DNA of 64,000 bases from Candidatus Spongiisociaceae bacterium (GTDB lineage: Bacteria; Actinomycetota; Acidimicrobiia; Spongiisociales; Spongiisociaceae). The notes under the pieces are model-generated. The model was given only the letters and a program-made list of their open reading frames with translations, was not told the origin of the DNA and ran no database searches. Shown in pieces: positions 27,733 to 38,438 of the stretch. The position numbers and the translations under genes are program-made. The DNA lies in contig OZ253564.1 in assembly GCA_965262915.1 (NCBI GenBank), forward strand, positions 3,104,001 through 3,168,000, written 5' to 3'. Every line of letters starts with the position of its first letter. Positions within the stretch are counted from its first letter, which is position 1.

Positions 27733-28749
27733 ATTAAGGCTGCCCTGCTTACCGCCTACGGGGAACCGTTGGAGATCAGGGATGTCCCCACACCCAGGCC
27801 GGGACCCGGCCAGGTGCTGGTACGCGTCGCCGGGGTGGGCGTGTGCCACTCCGACCTCACGGTGGTCTCGGGTCGTTCGAGGATCACCTTCGGCCTTCCG
27901 TTGATCCTCGGTCACGAGGTCTCCGGCTATGTGGCCGCACTGGGAAAGGGCGTGACAGGGATCGAGGAAGGTGATCCGGTCGCGGTCTTCGGTGCGTGGG
28001 GATGCGGGCAGTGCCGGTACTGCGTCCGCGGGGACGAGCAGGCGTGTGACCAGTTGCGCTGGGTCGGACACGGCCCTCCCGGTGGCTACGCCGAGTACCT
28101 GATGGTCCCGGCTGCCCGCCACCTCGAGCTGATCGGGAAGCTGGATCCGGTGGAAGCGGCGGCCCTCACCGACGCCGGTCTCACCCCCTACCGGGCGGTG
28201 CGGCGGGCGCTGCCCCGACTGGTTCCGGGTTCGGTGGCGGTGGCGATCGGGATCGGAGGCCTAGGGCACTTCGGGTTGCAGTACCTGAGGATCCTCTCTG
28301 CTGCCCGCGTGGTGGCCGTGGACACCTCGCCGCTTGCCCGCCGCCTCGCGACGCGCCTAGGCGCCGACCTCGTGCTCGACCCCGCCGACGACGTGGCCGG
28401 CATGGTGCGGGACCTGACCGGGGGTGACGGCGCCGACGTGGTGCTCGACTTCGTCGGGTCCAGCGCCACCATGGAGCTCTCGGTTCGTGTGGTCGGCCGT
28501 TTCGCCCTGATCGTCAACGTGGGCCTCGGAGGCGGCGTCCTGTCCTATTCGCCCTACGGCTACCCTGCGGAGGTCGACCTGACCACCGCGTGGTGGGGCA
28601 GCCGCAACGACCTTCACGAGGTGGTGTCTCTGGCCCGCGCCGGCCGGCTTACCCCGTCATTGGAACGCCATCCACTCGGAGAGGTCAACGAGGTCCTGGC
28701 CCGCCTCGAGGCGGGGAAAGTGGAGGGCCGGGCAGTCCTGATCCCCTAG
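27733..28749 (+). CDS. Zinc-dependent NAD(P) alcohol dehydrogenase (MDR family)
   Basis: GVCHSD, ILGHEVSG, CGQCRYC...C, GIGGLG, GRAVLIP. Start ATT 27733 (GGGAGG upstream) or ATG 27649. Confidence 0.92.
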   Translation: MKAALLTAYGEPLEIRDVPTPRPGPGQVLVRVAGVGVCHSDLTVVSGRSRITFGLPLILGHEVSGYVAALGKGVTGIEEGDPVAVFGAWGCGQCRYCVRGDEQACDQLRWVGHGPPGGYAEYLMVPAARHLELIGKLDPVEAAALTDAGLTPYRAVRRALPRLVPGSVAVAIGIGGLGHFGLQYLRILSAARVVAVDTSPLARRLATRLGADLVLDPADDVAGMVRDLTGGDGADVVLDFVGSSATMELSVRVVGRFALIVNVGLGGGVLSYSPYGYPAEVDLTTAWWGSRNDLHEVVSLARAGRLTPSLERHPLGEVNEVLARLEAGKVEGRAVLIP

Positions 28750-28901
28750 CCGGACACCGGCGACATTGCCGAATCCTTCCGGGAGGCCGTCCCCGGACCC
28801 GTCCCGGACGCCGGATGACCCAGGTATGTAACATGTCGTGCGATTGCCCGGGACGGGCCGGACTGTGTGTGCCTTCCCGGGATCCAACGAGAAGGAGACA
28901 T

Positions 28902-30734
28902 ATGTTGATCCATCGAACAGCCCGCTGGTGGGCGCTGCTGCTGACGCTGGCATTGTTCGCCATGGCTTGCGGCTCGGACGATACGGAAGAGGCCGCGCCT
29001 GCGACCACCGCGGCGCCCGCGACCACTTCCGCACCGGCCACCACCGCTGCTGCGGCGGAGGTAACGACTGCTACCACGGTCGTCGAGGTGGGCACCACAA
29101 CCACGACCCAGGCCCCGGAAGGCGCGACCACAACGACGGCTGCCCCGACCACAACCACAACCGAGGCGATGGCCGAGCCCCTGACAGGCCGCGAGGCGAC
29201 CGTGGTGGTCGGCAAGAAGATGGATGCCGACACCAAGTTCGACCCGGCCCGGGCCTTCGAGGAACTGTACGTACTGGTACTCGGATCCGCTTACGACACG
29301 CTGGTGCAGTGGGCGCCGACCGAAAACGGGTATGACTACCAGAAGCTGATTCCCGAGTTGGCTACCGAGTGGTCGTCCAACGCCGCCGCCACCCAATGGA
29401 CCTTCACGCTGGACCCGAACGCCCGCTTCCACGACGGGGCGTCGGTCACCTCCGAGGATGTTGCTTTCTCGTTCATGCGCCTGAAGAACGTGGCCGGTAC
29501 ACCCTCCTACCAGGCGGCCAACATCGACAGCGCCGATACGCCCGACCCCCAGACCGTCGTGTTCAACCTGGCCGCGCCCGACCCGGAGTTCCCAGGCCTG
29601 ACCACCGCTGCCGCTTTCAGCGTCCTCAACAGCGCGCTCGTGAGGGCCAACGGCGGTACGGACGGGGAGGACGCCGCAGAGACCGACACCGCCGAGGAGT
29701 GGTTGGCTCTCAACAGCGCCGGCTCCGGTCCGTTCACCTTCGACTTCTCCGACCCGGGCAACCGCCTCGAGATCGTCCGAGTCGACGACTACTGGGCTGG
29801 TTCGCCCGCCGTCATGGAGCGGGTCATCTTCGTGAACATCCCCGAGGCGCAATCGCGCATCGACGCGCTGAGCCGCGGCGATATCGACCTGGCGTGGACA
29901 GTGATCCCGCATCAGGCCGCGTCGTTGGGAGAGAACTTCACGATCCTCCAGGCCAACACCAACCATTGGTACTACGTGATGTTCACGACCGATCCGAACA
30001 ACAACGCGTTCGTGGCCAACCCGACGGTCCAGAAGGCGCTCAAGTACGCCATCGACTACGACGGCCTCCAGCGACTCTGCCCCGGCTACACCGCCAACCG
30101 GGTGTACGGGCTCGCACCGATGCGGCTGGGCGGCATCACCGAGGGTTACGAGCGCGACCTCGACAAGGCCCGTGAGTTGCTGGCAGAAGCGGGCTATCCC
30201 GACGGCTACAACGACTCGGAGAACCCGATCCGTCTCCAGACGTTCCAGTGGAGCGGGTTCTGTCCCGGATTCGGCGACGTGGCCCAGAAGTTGGCCTCCG
30301 ACTTCAACGACATCGGCGTCGTTACCGAGGTGCAGATCCGGGACGCCGGCGTCTTCTTCACCGACTTCCGCAAGGGTGACCTCGACATCAACGTGAGCGA
30401 CTGGTTCCCTGAGTACCCGTCAGCGGTGAACTCGGCACAGGTGTCGTTCGCCGACGGGTTCCTGTCGTGGCAGCGGTCGCTATGGCCCGACAATTCGGAG
30501 GGCTGGCCTCTCTATGAGGAAACCCTGGCGGCTGGCCACGCCACGCTGGAGGCCATCGATCCGGCAGAGCGGATCAGGCTTCTGAACGAGACCGAGCGGT
30601 TCAGCCTGGAGAGCAACCCGACCCACCTGATGGTCGAGATCCCCGAGTGGTACCCGCACGTCAACACACTGACCGGCGTCTACTACCACGCCGTCTATCG
30701 GTTCGAGCCCTACCGGATGGGGCGGTCCCGGTAG
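28902..30734 (+). CDS. ABC transporter substrate-binding lipoprotein, family 5 (peptide/nickel)
   Basis: AAGGAG SD, lipobox AMAC, Thr/Ala-rich linker, PELATEW, FHDG.SVTSEDV.FS, GSGPF, DKARELLAEAGY. Confidence 0.92.
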   Translation: MLIHRTARWWALLLTLALFAMACGSDDTEEAAPATTAAPATTSAPATTAAAAEVTTATTVVEVGTTTTTQAPEGATTTTAAPTTTTTEAMAEPLTGREATVVVGKKMDADTKFDPARAFEELYVLVLGSAYDTLVQWAPTENGYDYQKLIPELATEWSSNAAATQWTFTLDPNARFHDGASVTSEDVAFSFMRLKNVAGTPSYQAANIDSADTPDPQTVVFNLAAPDPEFPGLTTAAAFSVLNSALVRANGGTDGEDAAETDTAEEWLALNSAGSGPFTFDFSDPGNRLEIVRVDDYWAGSPAVMERVIFVNIPEAQSRIDALSRGDIDLAWTVIPHQAASLGENFTILQANTNHWYYVMFTTDPNNNAFVANPTVQKALKYAIDYDGLQRLCPGYTANRVYGLAPMRLGGITEGYERDLDKARELLAEAGYPDGYNDSENPIRLQTFQWSGFCPGFGDVAQKLASDFNDIGVVTEVQIRDAGVFFTDFRKGDLDINVSDWFPEYPSAVNSAQVSFADGFLSWQRSLWPDNSEGWPLYEETLAAGHATLEAIDPAERIRLLNETERFSLESNPTHLMVEIPEWYPHVNTLTGVYYHAVYRFEPYRMGRSR

Positions 30735-30761
30735 TCGAGGTGTCGCGGGAGACCGGACAAC

Positions 30762-30798
30762 GGATCGGGGGGCGGCCCAGGCGGTCGCCCCCCGATCC
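30762..30798 (+). terminator. Strong GC hairpin between SBP and permease (mRNA stabiliser or partial terminator)
   Basis: GGATCGGGGGGCGGCC-CAGGC-GGTCGCCCCCCGATCC, 16-bp stem with one G-U pair; no U tract. Confidence 0.55.
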
Positions 30799-30838
30799 CC
30801 TTCTCGCGCGACGTACGCCATGACCTTGAGGAGTTGAG

Positions 30839-31876
30839 GTGCGCTGGTTCGCGCTGCGGCGCCTCGCCCTAGCCCCGTTCGTGCTGCTGGGCATGACCGG
30901 CATCACCTTCTTGGTGTCCCAGCTGATCCCCATCGACCCGGTGGCGGCCTACCTGGGCGGTCGGGGGGCGGCCCACTCCGACGCGGCCGAACAGGCGATC
31001 ATCGACGCCCTCAACGCCCGCTGGGGATGGGACAAACCGATCCCGCAGCGCTACTGGATCTACCTGACCAACCTGCTGCGGGGTGACATGGGCGATTCGA
31101 GCCACACGGCGCGTGCGGTCAGCACCGACTTGGCCAACGTGGTGCCCCCCACCATCGAGCTGGTGGTGGCGGCTCTCGTGATTGCCCTTGTCTTCGGTAT
31201 CCCGCTCGGCGTGTTCGCGGCGGCGCGCCGGGGGGGTGTCTGGGACGAGGCCTTCAAGGTGATCTCGACCCTGGCGATATCGGTCCCGGTGTTCTGGCTG
31301 GCCATCGTCGGGTTCACTGTCTTTTACGGACGGCTCGGCTGGGCGGCCGGGCCGGGCCAGCTGGACATCTTCACCCGCCCGCCGCCGGAGGTGACCCGGA
31401 TGGTCGTGGTCGACTCCATACTCGCCCGCCGATGGGATACCTTGGTGGACACCCTCCACCACCTGGCCTTCCCCGCTCTGTTACTGGGGTCGGTCATCGG
31501 CTTCTACTTCGCCCGGGTGGTCCGCTCCGAGATGGTCGAAGCCTTGGAGTCGGACTATGTCCGCACCGCCCGGGGCAAGGGCCTGCGCCGCCGGCTGGTC
31601 CTCTACCGCCACGCCCTGCGAAACGCCCTCATCCCGGTGATCACGCTCTCGGGCCTCGCCTTCGGATCGCTGCTAACCGGGGTCATCGTGGTCGAACACG
31701 TGGTGGGGTGGCCGGGCCTAGGCCAGTACGCCTTCGTAGCGGCCACCCGCTTGGACCTCAACGCCATAACGGGCGTGGTGCTGGTGATCAGCCTGGCCTA
31801 CGTCTTGGCGAACCTGGCGGTCGACCTGCTGTATACGGTGGCCGACCCGCGGGTGCGCGACGGGATGAGGTCGTGA
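30839..31876 (+). CDS. ABC transporter permease (DppB/OppB type)
   Basis: RGDMG.S, SDYVRTARGKG, HALRNALIPV, WPGLG, DPRVR. Confidence 0.93.
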   Translation: MRWFALRRLALAPFVLLGMTGITFLVSQLIPIDPVAAYLGGRGAAHSDAAEQAIIDALNARWGWDKPIPQRYWIYLTNLLRGDMGDSSHTARAVSTDLANVVPPTIELVVAALVIALVFGIPLGVFAAARRGGVWDEAFKVISTLAISVPVFWLAIVGFTVFYGRLGWAAGPGQLDIFTRPPPEVTRMVVVDSILARRWDTLVDTLHHLAFPALLLGSVIGFYFARVVRSEMVEALESDYVRTARGKGLRRRLVLYRHALRNALIPVITLSGLAFGSLLTGVIVVEHVVGWPGLGQYAFVAATRLDLNAITGVVLVISLAYVLANLAVDLLYTVADPRVRDGMRS

Positions 31877-32751
31877 CATCGGGCCGGGTACGCCGACTGG
31901 AGGAGGCGGCTGCGCCGACCCGCCTCGCGACAACCCTGGCGTCGCTTCGGCCCCGGACGTTCCTCGAGACCTACGGCGTGTTGGTGATCCTGGTGATGGT
32001 GGGGGTGATCGCCGCCGCGCCGCTTATCGCCCCCGACCCGCTCGCCCAGGACCTGACGTCGCCCCTGGCCGGCCCGAGCGCCGGACACTGGCTGGGTACC
32101 GACAACCTGGGACGCGACCTGTGGTCGCGGATCCTCTACGGGGGTCGGGTGTCGCTCGTGATCGGCATCTTCGTCCTCCTGACGGCGGGCGCGGTCGGCG
32201 TGCTGTACGGCGCGGTGTCCGGATACGCGGGCGGGATGGTCGACGCGGTGATGATGCGGATCGTCGACATCTTCCTGTCGTTTCCTTCCATCATGCTGGC
32301 CCTTCTGATATCCGCCGCCCTCGGTCCGAGCATCCGCAACACCATCATCGCTATCGCTACCGCGTGGTGGCCCGTCTACGCGCGCCTGGTACGCGGCCAG
32401 GTAATAGCCGTCAAGGAGCGGGAGTTCGTGACGGCTTCCCGGGCGCTCGGGGCAGGCCCGATCCGCAACCTGTTCCGGACGGTCCTCCCGAACAGCTTCG
32501 GGGTGATGAAGACGATCTTCGTCCTCGACATCGGCTACGCCATCCTGGCCGGTTCCACGCTCAGCTTCCTGGGTCTCGGCGTCTCGCTGCCGACGCCCGA
32601 GTGGGGGGTGATGATCCGGGAGGCCCTTCAGTACCCGACCCACTGGTGGTTCATCCTTAGCCCCGGTCTCGCCCTGCTGCTGTTCGTGTCGGCCATCAAC
32701 TTCGCCGGGGGTATCGTGACCCGGTCGGTCCATGAAGTCCCCGGTCGCTGA
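31873..32751 (+). CDS. ABC transporter permease (DppC/OppC type)
   Basis: HWLGTDNLGRD, ARLVRGQ, LSFLGLG..PTPEWG; GTGA overlap. Confidence 0.93.
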   Translation: MTSGRVRRLEEAAAPTRLATTLASLRPRTFLETYGVLVILVMVGVIAAAPLIAPDPLAQDLTSPLAGPSAGHWLGTDNLGRDLWSRILYGGRVSLVIGIFVLLTAGAVGVLYGAVSGYAGGMVDAVMMRIVDIFLSFPSIMLALLISAALGPSIRNTIIAIATAWWPVYARLVRGQVIAVKEREFVTASRALGAGPIRNLFRTVLPNSFGVMKTIFVLDIGYAILAGSTLSFLGLGVSLPTPEWGVMIREALQYPTHWWFILSPGLALLLFVSAINFAGGIVTRSVHEVPGR

Positions 32752-33856
32752 ATCCCGCGCGGAGGCCGCCGCGTCGCCCGGCCCGGACCGGCCCCTGCTG
32801 TCGGTAAGGGATCTGAACGTCACCTTCCGGGCGAAGTCGCGGGTACGGGCGGTGCGGGGGGTCTCCTACGACCTGTCGGCAGGCGAACAGGTCGGCCTGG
32901 TCGGTGAGAGCGGATCGGGCAAGAGTGCCGGAGCTCTCGCGCTGGTGCGGTTGTTACCAGACTACGCCGATGTGTCCGGGAGAGTGATGCTGGACGGCGC
33001 CGATCTGTTGCGGTTTACCGAGCGTGAACTACGGGAAGTCCGGGGTGACCGCGTGGGGATCGTCTACCAGGACCCCTTCAGCTCCCTGAACCCGGTACTG
33101 ACGATCGGGAAGCAACTCACCGAGGTCCTCCGCACGCATAAGGGGCTCGGAGCGAGGGCGGCGCACCGGGAGGCGGCCCGACTGCTGGGAACCGTGGGGG
33201 TTCCCAACGCGGAGGAACGTATCTCCGACTATCCCCACCAGTTCTCCGGAGGCATGCGGCAGCGCGCCGTCATAGCCATGGCGGTGGCACCCCGGCCCGC
33301 ACTCCTGATCGCGGACGAGCCGACCACCGCCCTCGATGTCACTGTACAGGCCCAGATCCTGGAATTGCTCCAGGATCTGACTTCCGAGCACGAGACCACG
33401 ATGCTGCTCATCACCCACGACCTGGGTGTAGTGGCCGGCGTCACGCAGCGGGTGATGGTCATGTACGCGGGGCGCATAGTCGAGTCCTCCTCCACCGAGG
33501 ACGTGTTCACGAGAGCATCCCATCCCTATACGGTCGCTCTTCACAGATCCCTACCACGGATCGATGTCCGCCAAGAGCGGCTGGTGACGATCGAGGGCCA
33601 GCCTCCCGACCCGACACAACCTGTCAGGGGATGTCCCTTCGCTGCCAGGTGCCCTTCCAGGATCGATCGATGCGCCGACGAGGACCCGCCGTTGATGACC
33701 ATCCCCACCGCCCGTCGTGCCGCTGCCCGGGGTTGGGACATCCCGTCGATCCGCGAGGAGGACGGAGACCAGGTTCCGGGACCGGCGAGCCCCCACCTGA
33801 CCGCCTGCTGGAACCCTCCGGAACCTGCAGGAGACGAACGAGGATCGGCCCGATGA
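32732..33856 (+). CDS. ABC transporter ATP-binding protein (DppD type)
   Basis: [41 protein letters not shown]. Confidence 0.94.
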   Translation: MKSPVAESRAEAAASPGPDRPLLSVRDLNVTFRAKSRVRAVRGVSYDLSAGEQVGLVGESGSGKSAGALALVRLLPDYADVSGRVMLDGADLLRFTERELREVRGDRVGIVYQDPFSSLNPVLTIGKQLTEVLRTHKGLGARAAHREAARLLGTVGVPNAEERISDYPHQFSGGMRQRAVIAMAVAPRPALLIADEPTTALDVTVQAQILELLQDLTSEHETTMLLITHDLGVVAGVTQRVMVMYAGRIVESSSTEDVFTRASHPYTVALHRSLPRIDVRQERLVTIEGQPPDPTQPVRGCPFAARCPSRIDRCADEDPPLMTIPTARRAAARGWDIPSIREEDGDQVPGPASPHLTACWNPPEPAGDERGSAR

Positions 33857-34950
33857 GCACCGAGCAGGTTGCGAGTCCGGCCCTGGTCGAGGTCCAGGAC
33901 CTGCGGGTTTGGTTTCCGGCAGGGCGGGGATCGTCGACCAAGCGGCGCGGCTTTATCAAAGCGGTGGACGGGGTTACGTTCAACGTCCGTCGCGGCGAAA
34001 CCCTGGGTCTGGTGGGTGAGTCGGGATGCGGCAAGACAACGACCGCCCGGGCGATCCTCAAACTCCTGGACCCGACGGAGGGACGCGTCTTGTTCGACGG
34101 CGTCGATCTGTCAACCGTCTCGCGTAGAGAACTCCGGCTGATACGACGCCGGATGCAGCCGGTATTTCAGGACCCGTTCTCCAGCCTAAACCCGCAGCGC
34201 ACGGTGGGGGGGATAGTCGCTGAGCCGCTCGTCATCCACCGCCAGGGATCGGCATCGCAGCGCAGGGAACGGGTCTCCGAACTGCTCGATACGGTCGGGC
34301 TGCCGCCTGACGCCGTCGGCCGCTACCCGCACGCGTTCAGCGGAGGCCAGCGCCAACGCATCGCCATAGCCCGGGCCATGGCCCTGCAACCGGACCTGAT
34401 CATCGCCGACGAGCCGGTCAGCGCTCTCGACGTGAGCATCCGTGCCCAGATACTCAACCTGCTCAGCGACCTCCAGCGGGAGTTCCACCTCACCTACCTG
34501 GTCATCGCGCACGACCTCGCCCTCGTGCGCCAGGTGACCGACCGGGTGGCGGTGATGTACCTCGGGAAGATCGTCGAGTTGCGGCCCACCGAGGACCTTT
34601 ACCGGCGACCGCTCCACCCGTATACGGTTGCCCTCCTGTCGTCGGCGCCAATTCCCGACACCAAGGCCGAGGCGACCCGGCAACGCATAGTGTTGGAGGG
34701 TGACGTACCGAGCCCTGCCAACCCGCCGACGGGTTGCCGCTTCCACACCCGTTGCTGGCTCCGGCGGAATCTGGGCAACCCGGAAGTATGCACAACGGAG
34801 GCACCTTCTCTGGCTCCGGCCGGGGAGCAGGCCGCCTCAGGAGCAGTGGCTTGCCACTTTCCCGACGAGGTGGAGAACTCCCGCGAACGGCGCGAGACGT
34901 TGGTGGCCCTCACCGGTTCGAGGGGATCCTCCCCTGGTGAGAGCCACTAG
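33853..34950 (+). CDS. ABC transporter ATP-binding protein (DppF type)
   Basis: [41 protein letters not shown]. Confidence 0.94.
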   Translation: MSTEQVASPALVEVQDLRVWFPAGRGSSTKRRGFIKAVDGVTFNVRRGETLGLVGESGCGKTTTARAILKLLDPTEGRVLFDGVDLSTVSRRELRLIRRRMQPVFQDPFSSLNPQRTVGGIVAEPLVIHRQGSASQRRERVSELLDTVGLPPDAVGRYPHAFSGGQRQRIAIARAMALQPDLIIADEPVSALDVSIRAQILNLLSDLQREFHLTYLVIAHDLALVRQVTDRVAVMYLGKIVELRPTEDLYRRPLHPYTVALLSSAPIPDTKAEATRQRIVLEGDVPSPANPPTGCRFHTRCWLRRNLGNPEVCTTEAPSLAPAGEQAASGAVACHFPDEVENSRERRETLVALTGSRGSSPGESH

Positions 34951-34994
34951 TCAGAGCGGGCACCGGAATCCATGCTTCGCGGGTCGCACTGGCC

Positions 34995-35297
34995 TCAGGA
35001 GGTTCCGTCCTGCTCGTCTCCAAGCCAGCCGGGGCTCGACGACTCGCCAGCCGGGGCCTCGCTCGCCTCCCAGGGCTGATTGCCATGACCACTCTCCTCC
35101 GGGCCCCTCTTCTTGTTCTCCTTGGAGGTGAACAAGGGACTCATCAGCGCGGCACCGACGAGGATCACCGCTGCTGGCAGGAGCCAGCGCGGAGGATCGA
35201 ACAACCATCCTTGGTCGGGGACGGCGATCCAGGCGGCGAGCAGGATCAGGATGATTCCGAACGCCAAGGGAAAGACATTGAATGGATGGCGCTTCAT
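34995..35297 (-). CDS. Small membrane protein coupled to the PspC-domain gene
   Basis: MKRHPFNVFPLAFG, two hydrophobic helices, ATGA overlap with upstream gene. Confidence 0.7.
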   Translation of the reverse strand: MKRHPFNVFPLAFGIILILLAAWIAVPDQGWLFDPPRWLLPAAVILVGAALMSPLFTSKENKKRGPEESGHGNQPWEASEAPAGESSSPGWLGDEQDGTS

Positions 35298-36469
35298 CGC
35301 TCCTCCTCCATGATCACACTCCTTTCGACCGGCCAGGATTTCACCTCGACCCGGCCTATGCCAACGTCTGCGTCGAGCAGCAGCGTGCCCGCTGAGCCCT
35401 CCAAGCGGTAGGAGCCGTCGAGTCCGAGGCCGTGTTGTTCCACGTCGCCTACCTGCAACACCCCTATACCCACGTCGCCGGTTACGCTCGCGGACACGCC
35501 GTCCGGAAGCCGGACCAGTACCTGACCGATTCCCACGTCGGCTTGCGTGGCCACGGTCTGACCGGCGAAGTCGACATCCCTCAGGTCGATAAGCAGCGAA
35601 CCTATACCCATCTGGTACTCATCGAGTATCTCTCCCACGGAAGTGGGCCGATGGTCGGACCGCTCGGTCGATGTGAAGTCGAAATCGATAGACGATTTCT
35701 GGTCGACCAGCTCCGGTATCGGTGACAGGACCAGGAAAGGTACCAGGAGGACGCCGAGCACGATCAGGCCTCCCGGGCGACCGAACCAAGCCCCGACAAC
35801 CAGACCGACGCCTATGACCGCTACCAACAACGCCACGTAGTGGCGGAACTGGGGATGGAAACCGGGAACGATACTGTCGAATAGGCCGAGCACTCCCAGC
35901 GCCAGCACGGCGAACCCCACCGACACCCTGCCAAGAAGCGAAGTCTCCTGCACCGGTGGTGGCGTCCGCACCGGCGGCACGGACGGGGTCCCGACCGGCG
36001 GGTCGTTGGCCGTACTGGAGGGCATGGCCTGCGCGGACGACGATGCAGCAGGTTGGGCATGCGGCAGGGCGGAGTCCTGCTGGCTGTCTCCACGGCTCAA
36101 GTCTCCGCGGTAGAGCATCACGCCGATACCGATCAGTACCACCGCGAACGCCAGGTCACCCCTGATGAGGCCTGTCTCGCTGACCAGGATGATGACGGCG
36201 AGACCGACAAGAATCACGCCCACCCACCGCCGGGCCTGGCCGGTACCCAACCAGCCCTGCACGATCGCATCGGTCTCACCCTCACCGGGGATCAGCAGCC
36301 AGCCCGCCACGTACAGGAGGGCTCCCAGCCCGCCTGCGAAGCAGAGCAGGGCGAAGGCGATGCGGAGGATCCATACCGGGATTCCGAAACGCCGGCTCAC
36401 ACCGGCCGCTACCCCTGCCAGCCAGCGGCCCTCGTCAGGACGGTGAAGTGATGTGGTTCTGTTAGTCAT
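35294..36469 (-). CDS. PspC-domain membrane protein with C-terminal LiaF-like beta domain
   Basis: GRWLAGVAAG...LYVAGWLLIP; C-terminal GIGSLLIDL / GIGQV / GIGRV repeats. Confidence 0.85.
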   Translation of the reverse strand: MTNRTTSLHRPDEGRWLAGVAAGVSRRFGIPVWILRIAFALLCFAGGLGALLYVAGWLLIPGEGETDAIVQGWLGTGQARRWVGVILVGLAVIILVSETGLIRGDLAFAVVLIGIGVMLYRGDLSRGDSQQDSALPHAQPAASSSAQAMPSSTANDPPVGTPSVPPVRTPPPVQETSLLGRVSVGFAVLALGVLGLFDSIVPGFHPQFRHYVALLVAVIGVGLVVGAWFGRPGGLIVLGVLLVPFLVLSPIPELVDQKSSIDFDFTSTERSDHRPTSVGEILDEYQMGIGSLLIDLRDVDFAGQTVATQADVGIGQVLVRLPDGVSASVTGDVGIGVLQVGDVEQHGLGLDGSYRLEGSAGTLLLDADVGIGRVEVKSWPVERSVIMEEER

Positions 36470-36505
36470 GCCGTTACTATCCGGCAGTTCGAACGGATTG
36501 TCTAT

Positions 36506-36552
36506 GGGGTATCACCCTGGTCTATCCCTGAGGGCCTAGGGGCCGGTAGGGG
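36506..36552. promoter_or_regulatory. Putative response-regulator sites in the divergent promoter
   Basis: CCCTG at 36515 and 36526 (11-bp spacing); TAGGGG at 36537 and 36547 (10-bp spacing). Confidence 0.35.
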
Positions 36553-36599
36553 TATGTCACCGGTTGTTGGCGCCAACCTGCGGTGAGACAATGTTCGGC

Positions 36600-37787
36600 A
36601 TGGAGACCACAGGATCAGCCCGCTTCCAGCTCATCGGCGGCATGATCTCGAGACGGCAGCAGGGCCGCCTGATCGCCGGCGTCGCCGGCGGAATCGCCGA
36701 TCGCCTTGGCGTCGCTGATCTGTACGTTCGTGCCGGTTTCCTGGTTCTGGCACTCATATGGGGCATCGGAGTGATCGTCTACCTGGTGCTATGGGCGGTC
36801 ACCCTGGACCGCACCGACCATCCGCCGCCGTCCCAACCCGTATCGGCAGAGCGGAGGGCAGGGTACCTCCTGATGTTCGCGGGCGGTCTGCTGGTACTCC
36901 GCACCATCGGGGTCTGGAGCGGCGACCAGTTGGTTTGGCCCGGGGCAGCGGTGATTCTCGGTGTCGCATTCCTGGTGGACCGGCGCGATATCGATCCACG
37001 TTCCGCGATCCTGGCACTCTTCGATCCGAATAGCGGCAGGTTCCGGAGCCGGACCATCATCGGGATCGTGCTCCTAGTGGTCGGATTGTCGATCCTGGCC
37101 GCGGCCGTCCCCGCGGTGGAGACGGTGGTGCTGGCGGTGCTGGTGACAGGCGTCGGGATGGCGGTGCTGTTCGGACCATGGGTGTGGAGGCTGGTGGCCG
37201 ACCTGGGCGCCGAACGGAGCAAGCGGATCCGCGAGGAGGAGCGAGCCGATATGGCCGCCCACCTGCACGACTCCGTACTGCAGACCCTGGCTCTGATCCA
37301 GCGGACCGACGATCCTAGGCGGGTGGTCACCCTGGCCCGTGTCCAGGAGCGGGAACTGCGCCGCTGGCTGTACAGCTCGAGGCCGGCTGACGGCCAGGAG
37401 CTACTGTCGGGCGAACTGCAGAAGGAGGCGGACCGCATCGAGAACACCTTCGACGTCCCCGTGGAACTGGTAACGGTCGGTGACCGGCCGATCGACGATC
37501 ATGTCCGGGCGATGGTGGCGGCGGCGGGCGAAGCTCTCACCAACGCCGCCCGGCATTCAGGAGCCGATCAGATATCGGTCTACTCCGAGGTGACCGAAGG
37601 ATCATCCGATGTCTGGGTCACCGATCTGGGCAAGGGTTTCGACACCCGCCGGGTTGCCTCGGATCGCCGTGGTATAGCCGAGTCGATAGTCAGCCGGATG
37701 CAGAGCCACGGTGGGATCGCCACCGTCTCATCCGAACCCGGGGAAGGCACCGAGGTACACCTCCAGCTGAGGGGGGAACGACAATGA
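36600..37787 (+). CDS. PspC-domain sensor histidine kinase (NarQ/NarX-like)
   Basis: IAGVAGG (PspC), AAHLHDSVLQTL H-box, EALTNAARHS, DLGKGFD, PGEGTEV. Confidence 0.92.
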   Translation: METTGSARFQLIGGMISRRQQGRLIAGVAGGIADRLGVADLYVRAGFLVLALIWGIGVIVYLVLWAVTLDRTDHPPPSQPVSAERRAGYLLMFAGGLLVLRTIGVWSGDQLVWPGAAVILGVAFLVDRRDIDPRSAILALFDPNSGRFRSRTIIGIVLLVVGLSILAAAVPAVETVVLAVLVTGVGMAVLFGPWVWRLVADLGAERSKRIREEERADMAAHLHDSVLQTLALIQRTDDPRRVVTLARVQERELRRWLYSSRPADGQELLSGELQKEADRIENTFDVPVELVTVGDRPIDDHVRAMVAAAGEALTNAARHSGADQISVYSEVTEGSSDVWVTDLGKGFDTRRVASDRRGIAESIVSRMQSHGGIATVSSEPGEGTEVHLQLRGERQ

Positions 37788-38422
37788 TCAAGGTGTTCTT
37801 GGTAGATGACCACCGGCTGTTCCTCTCCGGAGTCAAGGCCGAACTGACGGGCCGGGACGGCATGATCCTGAGCGGCACCGCTCAAGACGTCGACGAGGCT
37901 ATCGACGCATTGCGGCAAGACCCCCCGGATGTTGCTTTGGTGGACGTCCACATGCCGGGAGGCGGTGGTCTGGCCGTAGTCGAGAATATCCGAGAGACCA
38001 ACCCCGACGTGAAGTTCCTCGCTCTTTCGGTTTCGGACGCGGCCGAGGACGTGATCGCCATGATCCGGGCCGGTGCCAGAGGGTACGTCACCAAGTCCAT
38101 CGGACCCAACGAACTGGCCGACGCCATCACGAGGGTGCACGCGGGCGACGCTGTCTTCTCCCCCATGCTGGCCGGTTTCGTCCTCGACAGGTTCGCGGCC
38201 AATGTTCCCCCGCCGTCCGATCCGGAACTCGACCGGCTCACCGCACGCGAGAAGGAGGTCCTCCGCCTGATCGCCCGCGGCTATCCCTACAAGCAAGTGG
38301 CCAAACGGCTCTACATCAGCGTCAAGACGGTTGAGTCCCACGTCTCGGCCGTGCTACGGAAGCTGCAGCTATCCAGCCGCTACGAACTGGCCCACTGGGC
38401 GAGCAACCGCCGCCTCGTCTGA
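37784..38422 (+). CDS. NarL/LuxR-family response regulator
   Basis: VFLVDDH, DVHMP, GYVTK, LTAREKEVL...SVKTVESH. Confidence 0.95.
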   Translation: MIKVFLVDDHRLFLSGVKAELTGRDGMILSGTAQDVDEAIDALRQDPPDVALVDVHMPGGGGLAVVENIRETNPDVKFLALSVSDAAEDVIAMIRAGARGYVTKSIGPNELADAITRVHAGDAVFSPMLAGFVLDRFAANVPPPSDPELDRLTAREKEVLRLIARGYPYKQVAKRLYISVKTVESHVSAVLRKLQLSSRYELAHWASNRRLV

Positions 38423-38438
38423 CCGGCCGGGCTACCGG

